A stretch of DNA of 32,000 nucleotides, from positions 1,920,001-1,952,000 of the forward strand of contig NC_007484.1 in NCBI RefSeq assembly GCF_000012805.1. The letters run 5' to 3'. Made by a program: the position numbers and the translations under genes. Below, one piece after another: positions 28,805 through 32,000 of this stretch; positions within the stretch are counted from its first letter, which is position 1; each line of letters starts with the position of its first letter. The notes under the pieces are model-generated. The model had not been told where the DNA came from. It searched no databases and worked only from the letters and a program-made list of their open reading frames with translations. This DNA is from Nitrosococcus oceani ATCC 19707 (GTDB taxonomy: Bacteria > Pseudomonadota > Gammaproteobacteria > Nitrosococcales > Nitrosococcaceae).

Positions 28805-29472
28805 TGTGTGGCCGTTATACGCTCTATACTTCCCCTGCAAAGATCGCCGCCCATTTTCATCTCCATCAAGTCCAGGGCCTAATTCCCCGCTTTAACATTG
28901 CCCCATCCCAAACAGTTCCCGTCGTGCGTGGAGAGTCCTCGTATAGAGAATTAACCCTGCTACGCTGGGGGCTTATTCCCCACTGGTCCAAGGAAGAGAA
29001 ATCGCCTTATAATTTAATCAACGCCCGTGCCGAAACCGTTGCCACTAAACCCGCCTTCCGGGGGGCATTCCGGCAGCGGCGTTGCCTTATTCCCGCCGAT
29101 GGATTCTATGAATGGAAAGCAGAAGCGGATGGCAAACAGCCCTACTATATCCGCCACCACGATGGCGAAGTATTTGCTTTTGCAGGACTTTGGGAACATT
29201 GGGAAGGAGAAACGGGCCAATATATCGATTCTTGCACGATTATCGTCACCGCCGCCAATAAGCTAATCCAACCGATTCACGACCGAATGCCGGTCATCCT
29301 AGAACCCGTTGACTACGAAACCTGGCTCAACCCCAACAACAACCAAGCCACCAGTGTACTGACAGCCCTGCTAAAATCCTATCCACCGGAAAAAATGAAG
29401 GCTTACCCCGTAAGCAAAAAAGTGAATAGGCCCACAAATGATGACTCCGCCTGTATTACACCCCTGCCTTGA
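28804..29472 (+). CDS. SOS response-associated peptidase (SRAP/YedK family; abasic-site DNA-protein crosslinking)
   Basis: The hallmark N-terminus is MCGRY (catalytic Cys2). Also present are NARAET, PADGFYEW and HDRMPVIL. The ATG overlaps the upstream TAA by 1 nt (TAATG). Confidence 0.9.
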   Translation: MCGRYTLYTSPAKIAAHFHLHQVQGLIPRFNIAPSQTVPVVRGESSYRELTLLRWGLIPHWSKEEKSPYNLINARAETVATKPAFRGAFRQRRCLIPADGFYEWKAEADGKQPYYIRHHDGEVFAFAGLWEHWEGETGQYIDSCTIIVTAANKLIQPIHDRMPVILEPVDYETWLNPNNNQATSVLTALLKSYPPEKMKAYPVSKKVNRPTNDDSACITPLP

Positions 29473-29508
29473 AATTCTCCGTGGAGGGTAAACGCTTCCC
29501 TGGCGAGG

Positions 29509-31074
29509 TTACAAAGCGCTGCCTTGCTGCGAGCGCGAGGCTGATAGTCGCGTTTCTTCAACAAACTGAGCGGTAGCTTTATCAAGCACTGGCTTCTGCC
29601 GTTTGTGGACCTTATGAACATAAAGCGTTTTCCGATCAGCCGCCGTCCCTGGAGCGGAAGGCAAGGCCATTTTATAGGCGGATGGATACGCATGATCAGC
29701 CAGTAAACGCTCTAAATTATAGACTTTATTAAATTGCCAAAGCATTTTTAGAAAATTGAACTGCCCCCTAATCAGACGCTGGCTTACCAGCCCCGCTAAA
29801 TGCCCCATTGTCCGCCAGGAAATATGTTTCATGTTCATTACCCGTTGGGTTTTAAGAAGCTCACTATAAAATTCTTCCAACGGAAGCCGAGTCGGTAGCA
29901 CCGCGTGTTGAATATCAAAGAGACGGTAGTCACGGGTAGTTAAGCGATCAGATTGAGTATGCCAAATTTCCGTGCCAGGATAAGGCGTATTAATACTAAT
30001 GTTCACCACCTCCGGGACTTCAAGACACCACTGACGAACGACTTCAAATCGCTCCCGATCCCAGTCCGTGTCCGCAATAATATTGATAGCAACGGTAATG
30101 CCTAGGGAACGGGCACATTCCAGAGCTTCCATGTTCTGGTCGAGAGAGACTCGCTTGCGGAATTTCTTTAATCCTTCCTCATCGATAGCCTCAAGGCCCA
30201 GAAACATATACTCCACGCCCAATTCCCGCCAAAACTTAAAAACTTCCTTGTTACGCAAGAGTACATCGCCCCGCGTTTCAAGATAGAATTTTTTCTTGAT
30301 CCCCTTGCGAGCAATCGCCTCACCAATCTCTAGTCCGTGCTTGGATTGGATAAAGGCCACATCATCCACAATAAAAATACCCGACTCCTTTATCCGCCCC
30401 AACTCCTCAGCAGCCACCTCCGGACTAATCGTACGGTAACTCCTGCCATAAAAGGTCCAAGCGCTGCAAAAATTGCAGTCCCAAGGACACCCCCGTGAAA
30501 ATTCAATGGAAGCGCAAGGATCAAGATGGCCGATAAAGTACTTACGCCGATGCCGCACCAGATCCCGGGCAGGCCGGATATCATCAAGGCTTGGCACCAT
30601 AACGGGAGGCGGGCCATCACCCTCTAAAGTCACAACGCCAGGCACTTCCGTGATGGCTTCCCTATCCTCCTCGATCACCTCCATGAGCCGCGCCACGGAA
30701 GATTCCCCCTCCCCGCGCAGCACGCAGTCAATCGCCCCGTCACCATGTTCCAGAAGCTCATGGGCGGTAAAGGTAGCGCTGTGCCCCCCCACAAAAAGAA
30801 AACATTGAGGCAGGCGCCGCTTGGTCTCTTTTGCCAGATCAACTATCTCGGGCACATTAGCCAAGAAATTGCACGAGAAGGCCAGGGCATTAGGGCGCCA
30901 ATGTTCAATGAACTTAAAATAGGCAGCATGAGTTTCTACCTGCAAATCAATAATTCGAACCTCATGCCCAGCCCGCCGAACCGCCTCGGCGACCAGTTCG
31001 AGCCCTAGGGGCTCCAGCCGTAAAAAAACCTCAGTGTACATGAGCGGACCTGGATGAACAGCGAGAAAACGCAT
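29509..31074 (-). CDS. B12-binding-domain radical SAM enzyme (class B methylase-like; the hopanoid methylase HpnP/HpnR-like architecture cannot be confirmed here)
   Basis: The N-terminal B12-binding-type Rossmann segment is LEPLGLELVAEAVRRAGHEVRIIDLQ. The radical SAM cluster motif is FSRGCPWDCNFCSAW (C-x3-C-x2-C). I prefer the ATG at 31074 (GGAGG 7 nt upstream) over the GTG at 31077. Confidence 0.85.
   Translation of the reverse strand: MRFLAVHPGPLMYTEVFLRLEPLGLELVAEAVRRAGHEVRIIDLQVETHAAYFKFIEHWRPNALAFSCNFLANVPEIVDLAKETKRRLPQCFLFVGGHSATFTAHELLEHGDGAIDCVLRGEGESSVARLMEVIEEDREAITEVPGVVTLEGDGPPPVMVPSLDDIRPARDLVRHRRKYFIGHLDPCASIEFSRGCPWDCNFCSAWTFYGRSYRTISPEVAAEELGRIKESGIFIVDDVAFIQSKHGLEIGEAIARKGIKKKFYLETRGDVLLRNKEVFKFWRELGVEYMFLGLEAIDEEGLKKFRKRVSLDQNMEALECARSLGITVAINIIADTDWDRERFEVVRQWCLEVPEVVNISINTPYPGTEIWHTQSDRLTTRDYRLFDIQHAVLPTRLPLEEFYSELLKTQRVMNMKHISWRTMGHLAGLVSQRLIRGQFNFLKMLWQFNKVYNLERLLADHAYPSAYKMALPSAPGTAADRKTLYVHKVHKRQKPVLDKATAQFVEETRLSASRSQQGSAL
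29524..29556. repeat. Copy 2 of the TTGCTGCGAGCGCGAGG ... CGCGTTTC repeat, inside the 3' end of the radical SAM ORF
   Basis: The 17-mer at 29524..29540 and the 8-mer at 29549..29556 are identical to 719..735 and 748..755. The local 5-bp stem is CGCGA/TCGCG. Confidence 0.5.
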
Positions 31075-31187
31075 CACACCACCTCCTTCCCGTCGCAGGC
31101 AATTTCAAAGAATAAGTACCTATGGACAAAATATGGAATATGTGTGATGCGAAGGAGAGTGTGTTGAAAATTTGCTTTTTCTCCCTG

Positions 31188-31231
31188 AAAAAAAGAGCTT
31201 GATGCCCGTCCTCCTTGGCATACCTCCAGCT
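31188..31231 (-). terminator. Candidate intrinsic terminator on the minus strand
   Basis: The minus strand reads AGCT-ggaggt-ATGCC-[aaggaggacg]-GGCAT-ca-AGCT followed by C-TTTTTTT (the A-run at 31188..31194 on the plus strand). It lies about 250 nt downstream of the metE stop. Confidence 0.4.
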
Positions 31232-31482
31232 ATCTCGATTTGCCCTTGGTGAATCCCATGGGGGCTTCCCTGTCCCCTCGTACCACGCTACTCTCTCGCC
31301 CCAATACCCCAGAAATTTTGCCGAGGAATTTAAGTTATAGTAGAAACGTTTCGATTATTCTAGGGAGGAAGTAGGTAAATGGTTAAGCGAACTCAGCAAC
31401 CCCCCTGTGTGGGAGGTCCAGTCCATCGCAGTAACATAGTTAGCGTGGCCATAAGTTGGGCCATCATACCTCCCATACTCAT

Positions 31483-32000
31483 TCAAGCACTCCGCAAACC
31501 ATGGGCCGCCGCCACCATGGTGCGAAGCGCCGTTTCTACTTCTGGCCACGCGCGAGTCTTAAGGCCGCAATCAGGATTAACCCAAAGCCGCTCGGCAGGA
31601 ATATATTCAGCCGCCTTTTTTATTAATCCTACAATTTGCGCTTCAGTGGGCACCACAGGAGAGTGGATGTCATAGACTCCCGGTCCTATTTCATTGGGGT
31701 ATTCAAAGGCGGCGAATGCGGCCAGCAGCTCCCCATCGGAGCGGGACGTTTCAATGGTAATCACATCCGCATCCAAAGCTGCGATGGCGTGAATGATATC
31801 GTTAAACTCCGAGTAACACATATGAGTGTGAATCTGAGTTCCGTCCTCCACTCCACTGGAAGCCACTCGGAAACAACGTACCGCCCAAGCTAAATAGGAC
31901 TCCCATTCCACGCGGCGTAACGGCAACCCTTCCCGGAAGGCTGGTTCATCGACCTGGATAAGCTTGATGTCTGCCTGCTCCAAATCCCGAACTTCATCAC
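31483..32000 (-). CDS. metE: Cobalamin-independent methionine synthase MetE, C-terminal part (the gene continues beyond the right edge)
   Basis: [30 protein letters not shown] (Zn-ligand His/Cys region), ITIETSRSD and NPDCGLKTR are MetE C-terminal-domain motifs. The frame stays open to position 32000 (..[12 protein letters not shown]..), so the M in the ORF track is an artefact. Confidence 0.93.
   Translation of the reverse strand, partial: DEVRDLEQADIKLIQVDEPAFREGLPLRRVEWESYLAWAVRCFRVASSGVEDGTQIHTHMCYSEFNDIIHAIAALDADVITIETSRSDGELLAAFAAFEYPNEIGPGVYDIHSPVVPTEAQIVGLIKKAAEYIPAERLWVNPDCGLKTRAWPEVETALRTMVAAAHGLRSA

Noticed and set aside
31075-31482. Cobalamin riboswitch upstream of the B12-dependent radical SAM gene (minus strand)
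   Set aside because: GCCAAGGAGGACGGGC vaguely resembles a B12 box and a GGGAA is nearby. The conserved core (GGTG..AATCC...CTG.CCCGCAAC.GT) is absent, however, so I do not call a riboswitch. An Infernal scan would settle it.

Overview
This is a chromosomal window from a Gram-negative, gammaproteobacterium-like genome; I cannot assign a species from sequence alone. 1-11.9 kb is housekeeping: a partial GNAT-like gene, an Rrf2 regulator, an orphan FixJ/LuxR response regulator, htpG with a sigma32-like promoter, pgm, maf, the conserved lptD-surA-pdxA-rsmA cluster, and a tRNA-Ala(GGC)/tRNA-Glu(UUC) pair with a sigma70-like promoter. Directly 3' of tRNA-Glu (12.2-18.2 kb) lies a visibly GC-richer block of six same-strand, partly overlapping genes. 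They encode a CDP-alcohol phosphatidyltransferase-family protein with Asn at two of the four signature Asp positions, a CdsA-like cytidylyltransferase, a PlsC-like acyltransferase, an alpha/beta-hydrolase::SAM-methyltransferase fusion, a PAPS-type sulfotransferase, and a membrane-anchored PTPMT1-like Cys-X5-Arg phosphatase. I read this block as a self-contained accessory pathway for an unknown, tailored (sulfated and/or methylated) glycerophospholipid, and it is the best candidate for an undescribed system here. The rest of the window holds a DUF4124 protein, an AT-rich 8-TM cytochrome b561-like fusion, a fadE-fadI-fadJ beta-oxidation cluster, an acetyl-CoA hydrolase/transferase translationally coupled to an SRAP (YedK-like) gene, a B12-binding radical SAM enzyme, and the 3' part of metE. 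I found no CRISPR array, IS element, integrase or rRNA. All calls rest on reading the translations and DNA by eye; no searches were run.
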